NCBI GenBank assembly: GCA_034530875.2
Contig: JAVRCJ020000003.1
Span: 160,001 to 224,000 of the forward strand
DNA length: 64,000 nucleotides
Origin: Nostoc sp. DedSLP01
GTDB taxonomy: Bacteria > Cyanobacteriota > Cyanobacteriia > Cyanobacteriales > Nostocaceae
Direction: 5' to 3'
Numbering within the stretch: the stretch's first letter is position 1; each line of letters starts with the position of its first letter. The position numbers were made by a program, and so were the translations under genes. The notes under the pieces were generated by a model. It was not told the origin of the DNA. It did no database searches and saw only the letters and a list, made by a program, of their open reading frames with translations. Shown here one piece after another: positions 29,465-41,411 of the stretch.

Positions 29465-29566
29465 TCATTAGTCATTAGTCATTGCTCATTGGTCATTAGT
29501 CCTCGAGATCGGGACAAAGGACAAATGGCAAATGACAAAAGGCAAATGACAAAAATGGAGAAAATT

Positions 29567-29923
29567 ATGGCTACTGATACTACTGAAGTCAAAGCGATCG
29601 CCCGTTATATACGCATCTCTCCCTTGAAAGTGCGTCGCGTACTCGACCAAATCCGGGGGCGATCTTATCGAGAAGCGCTAATCATCCTCGAATTCATGCC
29701 CTATCGCGCTACCGAACCCATATTGAAGGTTCTCAGAAGCGCTGCTGCTAACGCCGAACACAACGCTGGATTAGATCGGGCTGAACTAGTGATTACTCAG
29801 GCTTATGCCGATCAAGGGCCAGTCCTAAAACGCTTCCAGCCAAGGGCACAAGGTAGAGCTTACCAAATTCGCAAGCCGACGTGTCATATTACTGTGGCCG
29901 TTGGAGCCGCCCCAGGAAAATAA
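29567..29923 (+). CDS. rplV: 50S ribosomal protein L22
   Basis: [16 protein letters not shown]; start at ATG 29567 after GGAG, because the longer ORF start reads through STRR repeats. Confidence 0.97.
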   Translation: MATDTTEVKAIARYIRISPLKVRRVLDQIRGRSYREALIILEFMPYRATEPILKVLRSAAANAEHNAGLDRAELVITQAYADQGPVLKRFQPRAQGRAYQIRKPTCHITVAVGAAPGK

Positions 29924-29956
29924 CGATTTAGTCAGAAATTTTTAGAGGAACCATTC

Positions 29957-30748
29957 GTGGGACAGAAAATTCATCCAGTTGGTTTTCGCCTGGGTATCAC
30001 ACAAGAACATCAATCCCGTTGGTTTGCCGTTCCAGAACGCTATCCAGAACTTTTACAAGAAGACCACAAACTCCGTACATACATAGAACAAAAGCTCGGT
30101 AGACTCGCTCAAAACAACGCCGGAATTTCCGAAGTCCGGATTGAGCGCAAAGCCGACCAAATCGATTTAGAAGTACGCACAGCTAGACCAGGGGTAGTAG
30201 TGGGTCGTGGCGGACAAGGTATAGAATCCTTGCGTACTGGACTCCAAACACTATTGGGTAGCAATCGTCAAATTCGCATTAACGTAGTTGAAGTCCAACG
30301 AGTTGATGCTGATGCCTACCTGATTGCCGAATACATAGCTCAACAATTGGAACGCCGGGTTTCGTTTCGTCGCGTAGTGCGACAAGCGATTCAACGCGCC
30401 CAACGCGCTGGCATCCAAGGTATTAAAATCCAGGTCAGCGGTCGGCTCAACGGTGCAGAAATTGCCCGGACAGAGTGGACTCGTGAAGGTAGAGTACCCC
30501 TACATACCTTACGGGCTGACATTGACTACTCTTATTGCACGGCAAAAACTGTTTATGGGATTTTGGGCATCAAAGTATGGGTGTTCAAAGGAGAAATTAT
30601 TCCCGGACAGGAAGAAACTGCACCACCACCCGCAGCCCGCAACGAACGTGGGGATCGTGGGGATCGGGGCGATCGCGATCGCGAACCCCGTCGCCGTCAA
30701 CAACAACGCCGTCGCCAACAATTTGAAGACCGTTCAAATGAAGGATAA
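29957..30748 (+). CDS. rpsC: 30S ribosomal protein S3
   Basis: [27 protein letters not shown]. Confidence 0.99.
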   Translation: MGQKIHPVGFRLGITQEHQSRWFAVPERYPELLQEDHKLRTYIEQKLGRLAQNNAGISEVRIERKADQIDLEVRTARPGVVVGRGGQGIESLRTGLQTLLGSNRQIRINVVEVQRVDADAYLIAEYIAQQLERRVSFRRVVRQAIQRAQRAGIQGIKIQVSGRLNGAEIARTEWTREGRVPLHTLRADIDYSYCTAKTVYGILGIKVWVFKGEIIPGQEETAPPPAARNERGDRGDRGDRDREPRRRQQQRRRQQFEDRSNEG

Positions 30749-30835
30749 ATCGTCATTAGTCATTAGTCATTAGTCATTAGTAAATGACAGATGACAAATG
30801 ACCAATGGCAAATGACAAATGACAAGTGACAAACC

Positions 30836-31261
30836 ATGTTAAGTCCTAGAAGAACTAAATTCCGCAAACAACAACGCGGACGGATGGAGGGACTAGCCAG
30901 CCGTGGTAGTACCCTGAACTTCGGTGATTTTGCACTCCAAGCTCAAGAACCTGCTTGGATTACCTCCCGGCAAATAGAAGCTTCTCGTCGGGCAATGACT
31001 CGTTATATTCGCCGGGGCGGACAAATCTGGATTCGGATTTTCCCTGATAAACCCGTAACCATGCGTCCTGCGGAAACCCGTATGGGTTCCGGTAAAGGTT
31101 CGCCAGAGTTTTGGGTAGCTGTAGTGAAGCCAGGGCGGATTATGTTTGAAATTGCTGGCGTTTCTGAAGAAATCGCCCGCGAAGCCATGCGCTTGGCTGC
31201 ATATAAACTGCCAATAAAAACCAAATTTATTGTGCGCTCTCAACCACAGGAGCAGGAGTAG
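30836..31261 (+). CDS. rplP: 50S ribosomal protein L16
   Basis: [22 protein letters not shown]. Confidence 0.99.
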   Translation: MLSPRRTKFRKQQRGRMEGLASRGSTLNFGDFALQAQEPAWITSRQIEASRRAMTRYIRRGGQIWIRIFPDKPVTMRPAETRMGSGKGSPEFWVAVVKPGRIMFEIAGVSEEIAREAMRLAAYKLPIKTKFIVRSQPQEQE

Positions 31262-31264
31262 GTC

Positions 31265-31492
31265 ATGCCTCTTCCCAAAATTTCAGAAGCAAGAGAATTA
31301 AGCGACGATAAACTTTCTGAGGAAATTCTCGCTGTCAAAAGACAACTATTTCAGTTGCGCTTGCAAAAAGCTACAAGACAGCTAGACAAGCCCCACCAGT
31401 TCCGACATGCTAAGCACCGCCTAGCCCAATTGCTGACGGTCGAGGGAGAACGCAAACGGGCAGCAAATCAAACGCCGCAAGCACAAGAGTAG
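31265..31492 (+). CDS. rpmC: 50S ribosomal protein L29
   Basis: LFQLRLQKATRQL; operon position. Confidence 0.96.
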   Translation: MPLPKISEARELSDDKLSEEILAVKRQLFQLRLQKATRQLDKPHQFRHAKHRLAQLLTVEGERKRAANQTPQAQE

Positions 31493-31498
31493 GAGATT

Positions 31499-31747
31499 AT
31501 GGCAGTCAAAGAACGAGTTGGTTTGGTAGTGAGCGACAAAATGCAAAAAACGGTGGTAGTCGCCGTAGAGAACCGCGCTCCTCATCCCAAATACGGCAAG
31601 ATTGTAGTCAACACCCAGCGCTATAAAGTTCACGACGAAGAAAATCAGTGTAAAGTGGGCGATCGCGTCCGCATTCAGGAAACTAGACCCCTGAGTAAAA
31701 CCAAACGCTGGAAAATCACAGAAATCCTGAACGTCAAACCCACTTAA
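31499..31747 (+). CDS. rpsQ: 30S ribosomal protein S17
   Basis: [25 protein letters not shown]. Confidence 0.98.
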   Translation: MAVKERVGLVVSDKMQKTVVVAVENRAPHPKYGKIVVNTQRYKVHDEENQCKVGDRVRIQETRPLSKTKRWKITEILNVKPT

Positions 31748-31794
31748 ACCTCATAGTTGTTAGTTTTCTAACAACATTACAAGGGAGTAAAATC

Positions 31795-32163
31795 GTGATT
31801 CAACCCCAGACTTATTTAAATGTTGCAGATAATAGCGGTGCTAGAAAACTAATGTGCATCCGCGTATTGGGCGGAGGCAACCGCCGTTATGGTTTTATTG
31901 GCGATAAGATTATTGCTGTTGTTAAAGATGCTACACCCAATATGGCTGTCAAGAAGTCTGATGTGGTGGAAGCAGTAATTGTCCGGACTCGCAAAGCCGT
32001 AAAGCGTGATAGCGGTATGAGTATTCGCTTTGACGATAACGCGGCTGTAATTATTAACAAAGACGGTAATCCCAGAGGCACGCGGGTTTTCGGCCCAGTT
32101 GCTCGGGAACTCCGCGATAAAAACTTTACCAAAATTGTTTCTCTGGCTCCGGAGGTGCTGTAA
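31795..32163 (+). CDS. rplN: 50S ribosomal protein L14
   Basis: [20 protein letters not shown]. Confidence 0.99.
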   Translation: MIQPQTYLNVADNSGARKLMCIRVLGGGNRRYGFIGDKIIAVVKDATPNMAVKKSDVVEAVIVRTRKAVKRDSGMSIRFDDNAAVIINKDGNPRGTRVFGPVARELRDKNFTKIVSLAPEVL

Positions 32164-32513
32164 TGGTAGCCAAACAGACACCCAAAGTATTCCACAAAAT
32201 GCACGTCAAAACTGGCGACACCGTACAAGTAATTGCTGGTAAAGACAAAGGAAAAGTTGGTGAAATTATCAAAGCACTTCCCCAACTGAGTAAAGTTGTA
32301 GTTAAAGGTGTCAATATTAAAACCAAGCACGTTAAACCGCAGCAAGAAGGAGAATCAGGGCGCATCGTCACCCAAGAATTCCCCATTCATAGCTCCAACG
32401 TTATGCTCTATTCCACTAAGCAAAACGTCGCCAGTCGTGTTTGTTACAGCTTTACGCCAGAAGGCAAAAAAGTCAGAAAGCTCAAGAAAACTGGCGAAAT
32501 TCTCGATAAATAA
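32163..32513 (+). CDS. rplX: 50S ribosomal protein L24
   Basis: KOW motif [16 protein letters not shown]. Confidence 0.98.
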   Translation: MVAKQTPKVFHKMHVKTGDTVQVIAGKDKGKVGEIIKALPQLSKVVVKGVNIKTKHVKPQQEGESGRIVTQEFPIHSSNVMLYSTKQNVASRVCYSFTPEGKKVRKLKKTGEILDK

Positions 32514-32626
32514 CCAGAATTAGCCAACTTGAAATTTTAGATTTTTAATTTAATCCCAAATCCAAAATCTAAAATCCAAAATTAAAGGTTCCCTGACCAA
32601 GCCCAGGGATATCAGGACAAAAAATT

Positions 32627-33175
32627 ATGGCGACAACAAGACTCAAAACCTTATATCACGAGACAATTGTCCCTAAACTGACCCAGCAGTTTCAATTTAC
32701 CAACGTTCATCAAGTACCGAAGTTGGTCAAAATTACTGTTAACCGAGGTTTGGGCGAAGCGGCTCAAAACGCCAAGGCGTTGGAAGCATCGATCAACGAA
32801 ATTGCGACGATTACCGGTCAAAAACCAGTAGTGACGCGGGCGAAAAAAGCGATCGCTGGCTTTAAAATTCGTCAAGGTATGCCTGTGGGTATTATGGTCA
32901 CCCTCAGAGGCGAGAGAATGTATGCCTTTCTCGACCGACTAGTTAGCCTATCGCTGCCCAGAATTAGAGATTTTCGCGGCGTCAGCCCCAAAAGCTTTGA
33001 CGGACGCGGTAACTATACTCTGGGCGTTAGAGAACAGCTAATTTTTCCAGAGGTCGAGTACGATAGCATCGATCAAATCCGTGGTTTGGATATTTCCATC
33101 ATCACCACAGCGAAAAACGACGAAGAGGGTCGCGCCTTACTCAAAGAATTAGGAATGCCCTTTCGCGATCAATAA
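32627..33175 (+). CDS. rplE: 50S ribosomal protein L5
   Basis: [22 protein letters not shown]. Confidence 0.99.
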   Translation: MATTRLKTLYHETIVPKLTQQFQFTNVHQVPKLVKITVNRGLGEAAQNAKALEASINEIATITGQKPVVTRAKKAIAGFKIRQGMPVGIMVTLRGERMYAFLDRLVSLSLPRIRDFRGVSPKSFDGRGNYTLGVREQLIFPEVEYDSIDQIRGLDISIITTAKNDEEGRALLKELGMPFRDQ

Positions 33176-33195
33176 GTTCATCTATAGAGGGAACG

Positions 33196-33597
33196 ATGGC
33201 GGCTAACGACACAATTGCAGATATGCTGACGCGCATCCGCAATGCCAACCTGGCACGGCATCAAACTACACAAGTGCCAGCGACAAAAATGACCCGTAGT
33301 ATTGCCAGAGTGCTGCGGGAGGAAGGTTTTATTGGTGAATACGAAGAAGCAGGTGATGAGGTAAAACGCAATCTGGTGATTTCCTTGAAATACAAGGGTA
33401 AGAATCGTCAGCCTTTAATCACCGCCCTCAAGCGAGTTAGTAAACCTGGTTTGCGTGTTTACTCCAATAAAAAAGAATTACCAAGAGTATTAGGCGGCAT
33501 CGGCATCGCCATTATTTCCACATCCAGTGGCATTATGACTGACCGCGAAGCGCGGCGTCAAAACTTGGGTGGCGAAGTGCTTTGCTACGTTTGGTAG
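33196..33597 (+). CDS. rpsH: 30S ribosomal protein S8
   Basis: [21 protein letters not shown]. Confidence 0.99.
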   Translation: MAANDTIADMLTRIRNANLARHQTTQVPATKMTRSIARVLREEGFIGEYEEAGDEVKRNLVISLKYKGKNRQPLITALKRVSKPGLRVYSNKKELPRVLGGIGIAIISTSSGIMTDREARRQNLGGEVLCYVW

Positions 33598-33697
33598 TCA
33601 ATAAAAGTGAAGAGTTAGGAATGAAGAGTGAAAAGTTAGTCATAAAAACTCATAACTCATAACTCATAACTCATAACTCCATAAAGGACAAAAAGTT

Positions 33698-34246
33698 ATG
33701 TCTCGTATTGGTAAACGTCCAATTACTATTCCCGCCAAAGTACAAGTGGCGATTGATGGCACTAAAGTTGTGGTGAAAGGCCCCAAAGGAGAACTTTCTC
33801 GCAATTTACCTGCTAACGTTATAGTCTCCCAAGATGGAGAAATATTACAAGTAACTCGTCGTGATGATACCCGTACTTCTAGGCAATTACACGGCTTGAG
33901 CCGTACTTTAGTTGCCAACATGGTTGAGGGAGTTTCCCAAGGTTTTCAACGCCGTTTGGAAATTCAAGGGGTTGGTTACCGGGCACAAGTTCAAGGACGT
34001 AACTTAGTTTTGAACATGGGTTACAGCCATCAGGTGCAAATTGAACCACCAGAAGGAATTCAGTTTGCAGTAGAAGGTACCACTAACGTTATTGTCAGCG
34101 GCTACGACAAAGAAATTGTCGGTAACACAGCAGCTAAAATCCGTGCTGTTCGCGCACCAGAACCTTACAAAGGCAAAGGTATTCGCTATGCCGGTGAAGT
34201 GGTACGACGTAAAGCTGGTAAGACTGGTAAGAGTGGTAAGAAGTAA
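33698..34246 (+). CDS. rplF: 50S ribosomal protein L6
   Basis: [20 protein letters not shown]. Confidence 0.99.
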   Translation: MSRIGKRPITIPAKVQVAIDGTKVVVKGPKGELSRNLPANVIVSQDGEILQVTRRDDTRTSRQLHGLSRTLVANMVEGVSQGFQRRLEIQGVGYRAQVQGRNLVLNMGYSHQVQIEPPEGIQFAVEGTTNVIVSGYDKEIVGNTAAKIRAVRAPEPYKGKGIRYAGEVVRRKAGKTGKSGKK

Positions 34247-34248
34247 AA

Positions 34249-34611
34249 ATGAAACTTACTCGTAGAGAATCAAAACAGCGTCGCCATCGACGCGTTCGTG
34301 GCAGAGTTATTGGCTCCCCAGAACGCCCACGTTTAGCAGTATTTCGTTCTAATGAGCATATTTATGCTCAGGTGATTGATGATACACAGCATCACACCAT
34401 AGTGGCAGCATCAACTGTAGAACCAGAGTTGAAATCAAGTTTAGCTTCAGGCGCCAACCGCGACGCATCGGTGCAAGTTGGTAAGTTGATAGCAGTGCGA
34501 TCGCTAGAAAAAGGTATTACCAAAGTAGTCTTCGATCGCGGTGGTAACCTATATCATGGTCGTGTCAAAGCCCTAGCTGATGCAGCCCGCGAAGCCGGTT
34601 TGGATTTCTAA
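34249..34611 (+). CDS. rplR: 50S ribosomal protein L18
   Basis: [28 protein letters not shown]. Confidence 0.99.
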   Translation: MKLTRRESKQRRHRRVRGRVIGSPERPRLAVFRSNEHIYAQVIDDTQHHTIVAASTVEPELKSSLASGANRDASVQVGKLIAVRSLEKGITKVVFDRGGNLYHGRVKALADAAREAGLDF

Positions 34612-34718
34612 AGTCATTGGTCATTAGTCATTGGTCATTTAGTCATTGGACAAATGACAAAGGACAAATGACAAAGGACAAATGACAACTGACAAATGAC
34701 ATTAAGAGAACATTGATT

Positions 34719-35246
34719 ATGGCAACAGAGCGTAAAAGTAGAACCAAGCGTGCCAAAAAAGAAGAAACTACTTGGCAAGAACGGGTAATTCAAATCCGGC
34801 GCGTGAGTAAGGTTGTTAAAGGCGGGAAAAAACTTAGCTTCCGGGCGATCGTAGTAGTTGGTAACGAACGCGGTCAAGTTGGTGTTGGAGTAGGCAAAGC
34901 CTCAGATGTAATTGGAGCAGTGAAAAAAGGTGTAGCCGATGGCAAAAAACACCTCATTGATATTCCAATCACTAAATCTAACTCCATTCCCCATCCGATT
35001 GATGGTATCGGTGGCGGTGCAAAAGTGATTATGCGTCCAGCTGCACCCGGTACTGGTGTAATTGCGGGTGGTGCTGTACGTACAGTATTGGAATTAGCAG
35101 GAGTTCGCAACGTCCTAGCTAAGCAACTTGGCTCCAACAATCCGCTTAACAATGCTAGAGCCGCAGTCAACGCTTTGTCTACACTGCGTACTCTTTCTGA
35201 AGTTGCCGAAGATCGCGGTATTCCTATTGAAAATCTCTACATCTAA
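34719..35246 (+). CDS. rpsE: 30S ribosomal protein S5
   Basis: [21 protein letters not shown] at 34719. Confidence 0.98.
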   Translation: MATERKSRTKRAKKEETTWQERVIQIRRVSKVVKGGKKLSFRAIVVVGNERGQVGVGVGKASDVIGAVKKGVADGKKHLIDIPITKSNSIPHPIDGIGGGAKVIMRPAAPGTGVIAGGAVRTVLELAGVRNVLAKQLGSNNPLNNARAAVNALSTLRTLSEVAEDRGIPIENLYI

Positions 35247-35347
35247 TTTAGTCATGAGTCATTAGTCATTGGTCATTGGTCATTTGCAAATGACAAATGG
35301 CAAAGGACAAATGGCAAAGGACAACTGACAAAGGACACTTTTAGCTT

Positions 35348-35791
35348 ATGAGACTCAACGATGTTAAGCCCCAAAAAGGCTCAAAGAAACGCCGCCGCCG
35401 CGTAGGTAGGGGTATTTCTGCTGGTCAAGGTGCTAGTGCTGGTCTAGGTATGCGGGGTCAAAAATCTCGCTCTGGTAGTGGTACAAGACCAGGTTTTGAA
35501 GGTGGTCAACAGCCATTGTACCGCCGCTTACCAAAACTCAAGGGCTTTCCGATTGTGAATCGCAAGATTTACACTACGATTAATGTAGAGAAGCTAGCCT
35601 CCCTTCCCGCTAATACCGAAGTAACTTTGACCTCATTACAAGCAGCAGGTATTATCACTGGTGCTAAAGGCCCATTGAAAATTCTGGGTAACGGGGAATT
35701 GAGCGTTGCGCTCAAGGTACAAGCGGCAGCTTTCACAGGTACAGCTCGCAGCAAAATTGAGGGAGCTGGTGGGAGTTGTGAAGTCGTATGA
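35348..35791 (+). CDS. rplO: 50S ribosomal protein L15
   Basis: [20 protein letters not shown]. Confidence 0.99.
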   Translation: MRLNDVKPQKGSKKRRRRVGRGISAGQGASAGLGMRGQKSRSGSGTRPGFEGGQQPLYRRLPKLKGFPIVNRKIYTTINVEKLASLPANTEVTLTSLQAAGIITGAKGPLKILGNGELSVALKVQAAAFTGTARSKIEGAGGSCEVV

Positions 35792-35865
35792 GTGAACTGG
35801 AATAGGGCACTTAGATGCAAGCCAACTCGCAGCCAGCGCCTGGTTCACACTAAAGGTAGCACTCT

Positions 35866-37179
35866 ATGATCAGTCGAGATAAAGCCCCAACGGCTCAAGA
35901 AACTTTTATGCAGATGGCACAAGCAGCCGGGCTGAGAGGTAGGCTGCTTGTCACCGTCGGTATTTTAATTTTGGTTCGCTTAGGCATCTTTTTGCCTGTG
36001 CCAGGGATTGATAGAGGTAGGTTTGCCGCAGCCATCTCAGGCAATAATGCCATATTTGGTTTGTTGGATATCTTTTCCGGGCGAGGACTTTCAACTCTGG
36101 GGGTCTTTGCTTTAGGAATTTTGCCCTTCATTAATGCGTCCATTATCATCCAATTGCTCACGGCTGCGATTCCATCTTTAGAAAATTTACAGAAAAATGA
36201 AGGTGAAGCAGGTCGGCGAAAAATATCCCAAATTACCCGTTATGTATCTTTGGGGTGGGCAATTATTCAAAGTACGGCTTTTTCGGCATTGTTTTTGCAG
36301 CAGTTTGCCTTAAATCCAGGGCCGCTGTTTGTAGCTGAAACTGCGATCGCTCTGACTGCTGGTTCCATGTTCGTCATGTGGGCATCAGAACTGATTACAG
36401 AACGGGGGATCGGAAATGGAGCATCATTGTTGATTTTTGTCAATATTGTCGCATCATTACCAAAAGCTTTAGGGGATACCATCGATTTGGTGCAAGTGGG
36501 CGGTAGAGAAACAGTAGGTCGCGTGATCGTACTAATCTTAGTTTTCCTGGCAACAATTGTTGGTATTGTGGTTGTGCAGGAAGGAATGCGTCGCATCCCA
36601 ATTATTTCAGCTCGTCGCCAAGTAGGTCGTCGAGTTTTGGCAGAGCAACGTAGTTTCTTACCTTTGCGCCTGAATCAAGGCGGCGTAATGCCAATTATTT
36701 TTGCTGCTGCAATCCTCAGTTTGCCATTGTTAATCGCCAATTTCACTAAAAATGCTGAATTGGCAAATATAGTTAACACTTATCTGAGTCCCAGCGGTTC
36801 TGGTTCTTGGGTTTATGCCCTAGTTTACATGATTTCTATCATTTTCTTCAGCTACTTCTATTCTTCGTTGATTCTCAACCCAGTAGATGTGGCGCAAAAC
36901 TTGAAGAAAATGGGTTCCAGTATTCCTGGTATTCGTCCTGGCAAGGCAACTAGCGAGTATATCGAACGTGTATCGAACCGACTCACTTTTTTAGGTGCTA
37001 TCTTTTTGGGCTTAGTTGCTATTATCCCAACCGGCGTGGAAAGAGCTTTAGGAGTGCCGACATTTAAGGGATTGGGTGCTACCTCTTTGTTAATTTTAGT
37101 TGGTGTGGCGATCGATACGGCAAGACAAATCCAAACTTACGTTATCTCTCAGCGCTATGAAGGAATGGTGAAACAATAG
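35866..37179 (+). CDS. secY: Preprotein translocase subunit SecY
   Basis: ALGILPFINASII, GIGNGASLLIF, GVMPIIFA and IPGIRPG. Confidence 0.99.
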   Translation: MISRDKAPTAQETFMQMAQAAGLRGRLLVTVGILILVRLGIFLPVPGIDRGRFAAAISGNNAIFGLLDIFSGRGLSTLGVFALGILPFINASIIIQLLTAAIPSLENLQKNEGEAGRRKISQITRYVSLGWAIIQSTAFSALFLQQFALNPGPLFVAETAIALTAGSMFVMWASELITERGIGNGASLLIFVNIVASLPKALGDTIDLVQVGGRETVGRVIVLILVFLATIVGIVVVQEGMRRIPIISARRQVGRRVLAEQRSFLPLRLNQGGVMPIIFAAAILSLPLLIANFTKNAELANIVNTYLSPSGSGSWVYALVYMISIIFFSYFYSSLILNPVDVAQNLKKMGSSIPGIRPGKATSEYIERVSNRLTFLGAIFLGLVAIIPTGVERALGVPTFKGLGATSLLILVGVAIDTARQIQTYVISQRYEGMVKQ

Positions 37180-37730
37180 TGACGCGACTAATCTTCTTGG
37201 GACCGCCTGGAGCTGGTAAAGGAACACAAGCTAAGACATTAGCTGACCATCGGCAAGTTCCCCATATTTCTACGGGTGACATATTGCGTGAAGCATTATC
37301 TAAGCAAACCCGTTTGGGCTTGAAAGCTCAAAGTTATATGGATAAAGGGGAACTAGTCCCAGACATTCTAGTACAGGAAATGGTACAAGAACGGCTGAGT
37401 CAGTCAGATGCCAAGCAAGGTTGGATTCTTGATGGTTTTCCCCGGACTGTCAAGCAAGCAGTCTTTCTTGAGGAATTACTCGAACAGCTAGACCAGTCTG
37501 GTGAAAAAGTAGTCAGCCTGGAAGTCCCAGATGAGGTAGTAGTAGGGCGTTTACTGGCACGAGGACGAAAAGATGATAGCGAAGACGTGATTCGTCGTCG
37601 TTTAGAAGTTTACCGTGCTGAAACTGCTCCTTTAATTGATTATTACCGCGATCGCCAAAAACTTTTAACAGTCAATGGCAATCAGTCCCAAGAAGAAGTC
37701 ACTGACGAGTTGCAAAAGATAATCGCTTAA
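37179..37730 (+). CDS. adk: Adenylate kinase
   Basis: GPPGAGKGTQA; ILDGFPRT. Confidence 0.98.
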   Translation: MTRLIFLGPPGAGKGTQAKTLADHRQVPHISTGDILREALSKQTRLGLKAQSYMDKGELVPDILVQEMVQERLSQSDAKQGWILDGFPRTVKQAVFLEELLEQLDQSGEKVVSLEVPDEVVVGRLLARGRKDDSEDVIRRRLEVYRAETAPLIDYYRDRQKLLTVNGNQSQEEVTDELQKIIA

Positions 37731-37916
37731 AAAGTAGAGGGAGTAGAGAGTACAGATTTTACCACTCCTGACTCCCCACTCCCGATCCATTCAGGAAGCT
37801 GAACAAATTTAGCTAAAATATATTAAGAAAATGTTGATATATTTCTCAAAGTGTGTTCTCTTGCAGATGAAGTGCTGCAAACGAACAGGAGATTGTTGAG
37901 TTGAGGAAAAAATAAG

Positions 37917-38141
37917 TTGTCTAAGCAAGATTTGATTGAAATGGAAGGCACAGTTACAGAGTCTTTGCCCAATGCGATGTTTCGCGTTGACTTGGACAAC
38001 GGCTTTAACGTGCTGGCACACATTTCTGGCAAGATTCGCCGTAACTATATTAAGATTTTGCCTGGCGATCGCGTCAAGGTAGAGTTAACCCCCTACGACT
38101 TGACCAAAGGCAGAATTACCTACAGACTGAGAAAGAAGTAA
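37917..38141 (+). CDS. infA: Translation initiation factor IF-1
   Basis: [20 protein letters not shown] start. Confidence 0.98.
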
Positions 38142-38257
38142 GTATATGTAGACAATTTTACCATAAAACCATCTTTTTGGCTGTTTTCCAGACACTTAGC
38201 TGAAAAAATTCCCAAGAAATGTTATAATTTACTATTTGGAGTCAAAGTAGAAAAGGC

Positions 38258-38371
38258 ATGAAAGTCAGAGCCTCAGTCAAGAAAATCTGTGAAAAGTGTA
38301 ATGTGATCAAACGCCGTGGTCGCGTTATGGTGATTTGCGTCAACCCCAAACACAAGCAACGTCAAGGATAA
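38258..38371 (+). CDS. rpmJ: 50S ribosomal protein L36 (not in ORF track)
   Basis: Manual translation [37 protein letters not shown]. Confidence 0.98.
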   Translation: MKVRASVKKICEKCNVIKRRGRVMVICVNPKHKQRQG

Positions 38372-38486
38372 CGCTCTCAATCAAAAGAGTAGAGTTGCAG
38401 CACGCATATCATTATTAAAACCAAAAGATGCGAACGATCGCGTTTTTTACTACTAGTAACTGCAAAAACAATAGGGAGAGTTGATT

Positions 38487-38867
38487 GTGGCACGTATTGC
38501 CGGAGTAGACCTTCCACGCGATAAGCGCGTCGAGATTGGTCTGACTTACATTTACGGAATAGGGTTATCGCGATCGCAAGAAATTCTAGCGACTACAGGT
38601 GTAAACCCAGACACCCGCGTTAAAGAATTAAGTGACGCCGATGTAGCCAGTCTGCGGGCAGAAATAGAAACCAACTATGAAGTTGAAGGGGACTTACGGC
38701 GCTGGGAGTCGATGAACATCAAGCGCCTAGTTGATATTGGCACCTACAGAGGGCGTCGTCATCGTATGGGCTTGCCAGTTAGAGGACAGAGGACTCGCAC
38801 CAATGCCAGAACCCGTCGAGGCAGAAGGCAGACAGTGGCCGGCAAGAAGAAGGCACCAGGTAAATAA
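38487..38867 (+). CDS. rpsM: 30S ribosomal protein S13
   Basis: [27 protein letters not shown] start after GGGAG. Confidence 0.98.
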   Translation: MARIAGVDLPRDKRVEIGLTYIYGIGLSRSQEILATTGVNPDTRVKELSDADVASLRAEIETNYEVEGDLRRWESMNIKRLVDIGTYRGRRHRMGLPVRGQRTRTNARTRRGRRQTVAGKKKAPGK

Positions 38868-38921
38868 ATTAACAACGCTTGCTAAACTAAGCAAGTTTTA
38901 CTTTAAATCAATTACACAAGT

Positions 38922-39317
38922 ATGGCGAGACAACCAACTAAAAAAAGCGGGAGCAAAAAGCAGAAACGGAACGTCCCCAATGGGATGGCGTATATCCAGT
39001 CTACTTTCAACAATAGCATTGTCACCATTACCGATCAAAATGGAGATGTTATCTCCTGGGCTAGTGCTGGTTCTAGCGGTTTTAAGGGAGCCAAAAAGGG
39101 AACTCCCTTTGCAGCGCAAACCGCAGCTGAAAGTGCAGCTCGTCGAGCCATCGATCAAGGAATGCGCCAAATTGAGGTAATGGTTAGTGGCCCGGGAGCA
39201 GGTAGAGAAACAGCTATCCGCGCACTTCAAGGAGCAGGACTGGAAATTACACTGATTCGGGATATTACCCCGATTCCTCATAATGGTTGCCGTCCGCCCA
39301 AACGCCGTCGTGTTTAA
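38922..39317 (+). CDS. rpsK: 30S ribosomal protein S11
   Basis: [24 protein letters not shown]. Confidence 0.99.
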   Translation: MARQPTKKSGSKKQKRNVPNGMAYIQSTFNNSIVTITDQNGDVISWASAGSSGFKGAKKGTPFAAQTAAESAARRAIDQGMRQIEVMVSGPGAGRETAIRALQGAGLEITLIRDITPIPHNGCRPPKRRRV

Positions 39318-39887
39318 GCGTTAAAACTTGACCAGTGAGGACGAAAAGTTGCAGTTAAAGTAAGATCGCCTCACTTGCAATAACCGCTTGGGCATCTGGT
39401 GTCGAAACTGGATTGAATCGGAGCTTGAACTTTGGATGGCTTGGGCGACCGGAAGTGCCTCAGATTTCCCCCAAGGAAAGCTGTTAAACTTCAGCCAAGC
39501 CAAAATAGTATCAATCAATTTTCGATTTTAGATTTGCGATTTGAGATTAATCCCGAACAAAGCTGGACACTTCAGGAATTTTAAATTGATGATAGCGCAG
39601 TCAAGCACATCAAAGCTCTTTGAGATTTGTTCTGCCGAGAAAAGGGAGGAAATGAACCGAAAAAGCACAATCCAAAATCAAAAATCCGTCTTCAAAAGCT
39701 TTGAACGCTCGAAGTCCGCGTTTAACGCCGGTATTCTGCGAGAAGCCGCCCTCCGGGAGTCTACGTGCAAGTCGGGCAACCCGCTTTGAAGAAAGGCTCA
39801 ACTTTTCGCAGAATCGAAAATTGACACTCAATTCGGGAGGTAATTGATTTGTCTGCAAGCAGCACCTTAAAAAAGGGAGGCTAATCC

Positions 39888-40835
39888 GTGGCGCAGTTTC
39901 AAATTGAATGTGTAGAATCTAATACTGAAGAAAGCCGCAACCATTACAGTAAATTTGTTTTGGAACCTCTAGAGCGCGGTCAAGGAACAACGGTTGGCAA
40001 CGCGCTACGGCGAGTTTTGCTGTCCAATTTAGAGGGTACGGCAGTTACAGCAGTCCGGATTGCAGGCGTTTCACATGAGTTTGCTACAGTTCCGGGCGTG
40101 CGGGAAGACGTGCTGGAAATCCTCATGAGAATGAAGGAAGTTATCCTGAAAAACTATTCCTCACAACCCCAGATTGGTAGATTACTCGTTAACGGCCCAA
40201 CAACAATCACTGCCGCACATTTTGATTTACCTAGTGAAGTAGAAGTCATCGATCCCACCCAGTATGTAGCCACCATTGCCGAGGGTGGAAAACTGGAAAT
40301 GGAATTTAGGATCGAGAGAGGTAAAGGTTATCGCACGGTAGAGCGAGGACGTGAGGAAGCTACATCGTTGGACTTTCTCCAAATCGACTCGATATTTATG
40401 CCGGTGCGAAAAGTAAATTATAGTGTCGAAGAAGCTCGTGGGGATGGCTCAATTACCAAAGACCGACTGTTGTTGGAAGTTTGGACAAATGGCAGTATCT
40501 CTCCCCAAGAAGCACTATCCTCTGCTGCTGGAATCTTGGTAGATTTATTCAATCCGTTGAAAGACATTTCCTTAGAACCAACAGATACAGGTTCGGAAAT
40601 TTCAGAAGACCCAACTGCTCAGATTCCCATCGAAGAGTTGCAACTTTCTGTACGGGCATATAACTGTCTCAAACGGGCACAAGTTAATTCTGTGGCCGAC
40701 TTGTTGGATTATACCCAAGAAGATCTCCTAGAAATTAAAAACTTTGGTCAAAAGTCAGCAGAAGAAGTTGTAGAAGCTTTGCAGCGTCGCTTGGGCATCA
40801 CCTTGCCACAGGAAAGAGGCTCGAAACACCCTTAA
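39888..40835 (+). CDS. rpoA: RNA polymerase alpha subunit
   Basis: EPLERGQGTTVGNALRRVLL; LSVRAYNCLK. Confidence 0.99.
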   Translation: MAQFQIECVESNTEESRNHYSKFVLEPLERGQGTTVGNALRRVLLSNLEGTAVTAVRIAGVSHEFATVPGVREDVLEILMRMKEVILKNYSSQPQIGRLLVNGPTTITAAHFDLPSEVEVIDPTQYVATIAEGGKLEMEFRIERGKGYRTVERGREEATSLDFLQIDSIFMPVRKVNYSVEEARGDGSITKDRLLLEVWTNGSISPQEALSSAAGILVDLFNPLKDISLEPTDTGSEISEDPTAQIPIEELQLSVRAYNCLKRAQVNSVADLLDYTQEDLLEIKNFGQKSAEEVVEALQRRLGITLPQERGSKHP

Positions 40836-40836
40836 G

Positions 40837-40942
40837 TGATATCAAGTCTAGTTGATTACTTGTCATTGAAACAGACACGGAGACGCGGAGACGCGGGGAC
40901 GCGGAGAGTTTTTTGACAAGCGATCGTTAAGACATGATATGA
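40837..40942. mobile_element. Small MITE-like element with imperfect 29-bp terminal inverted repeats and internal 8-bp repeats
   Basis: 40837-40865 matches the reverse complement of 40914-40942 at 21/29; interior GACGCGGA-type tandem. Confidence 0.5.
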
Positions 40943-40972
40943 AAACCGTTTGTAGTTCATAAGTGCTTAATT

Positions 40973-41323
40973 ATGCGTCACCGCTGTCGCGTTAAAAAAC
41001 TTAGTAAACCAGCAGATCAGCGTCGCGCTTTATTGCGATCGCTCACCACCGATCTGATTCGTCATGGTAAAATCACCACCACTTTAGTTCGCGCTAAAGT
41101 TCTCCGCAGTGAAGTAGATAAAATGATTACCCTAGCCAAAAACGGCTCCTTGGCAGCACGCCGTGAAGCCCTTGGCTATATCTTCGACAAAGCCCTAGTT
41201 CATGCTTTATTTGAGCAAGCCCCCACTCGTTATGGTAATCGCCAGGGCGGTTATACCCGCATCGTGCATACCGTACCGCGTCGGGGCGATAATGCTGAAA
41301 TGGCAATCATTGAATTGGTTTAA
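40973..41323 (+). CDS. rplQ: 50S ribosomal protein L17
   Basis: [23 protein letters not shown]. Confidence 0.99.
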   Translation: MRHRCRVKKLSKPADQRRALLRSLTTDLIRHGKITTTLVRAKVLRSEVDKMITLAKNGSLAARREALGYIFDKALVHALFEQAPTRYGNRQGGYTRIVHTVPRRGDNAEMAIIELV

Positions 41324-41411
41324 GTCATTGGTCATTAGTCATTATTCATTAGTCATTTGCAAAAGACAAAGGACAAATGACAAAAGATAAATGACAAAGG
41401 GCAAAGTCTGT

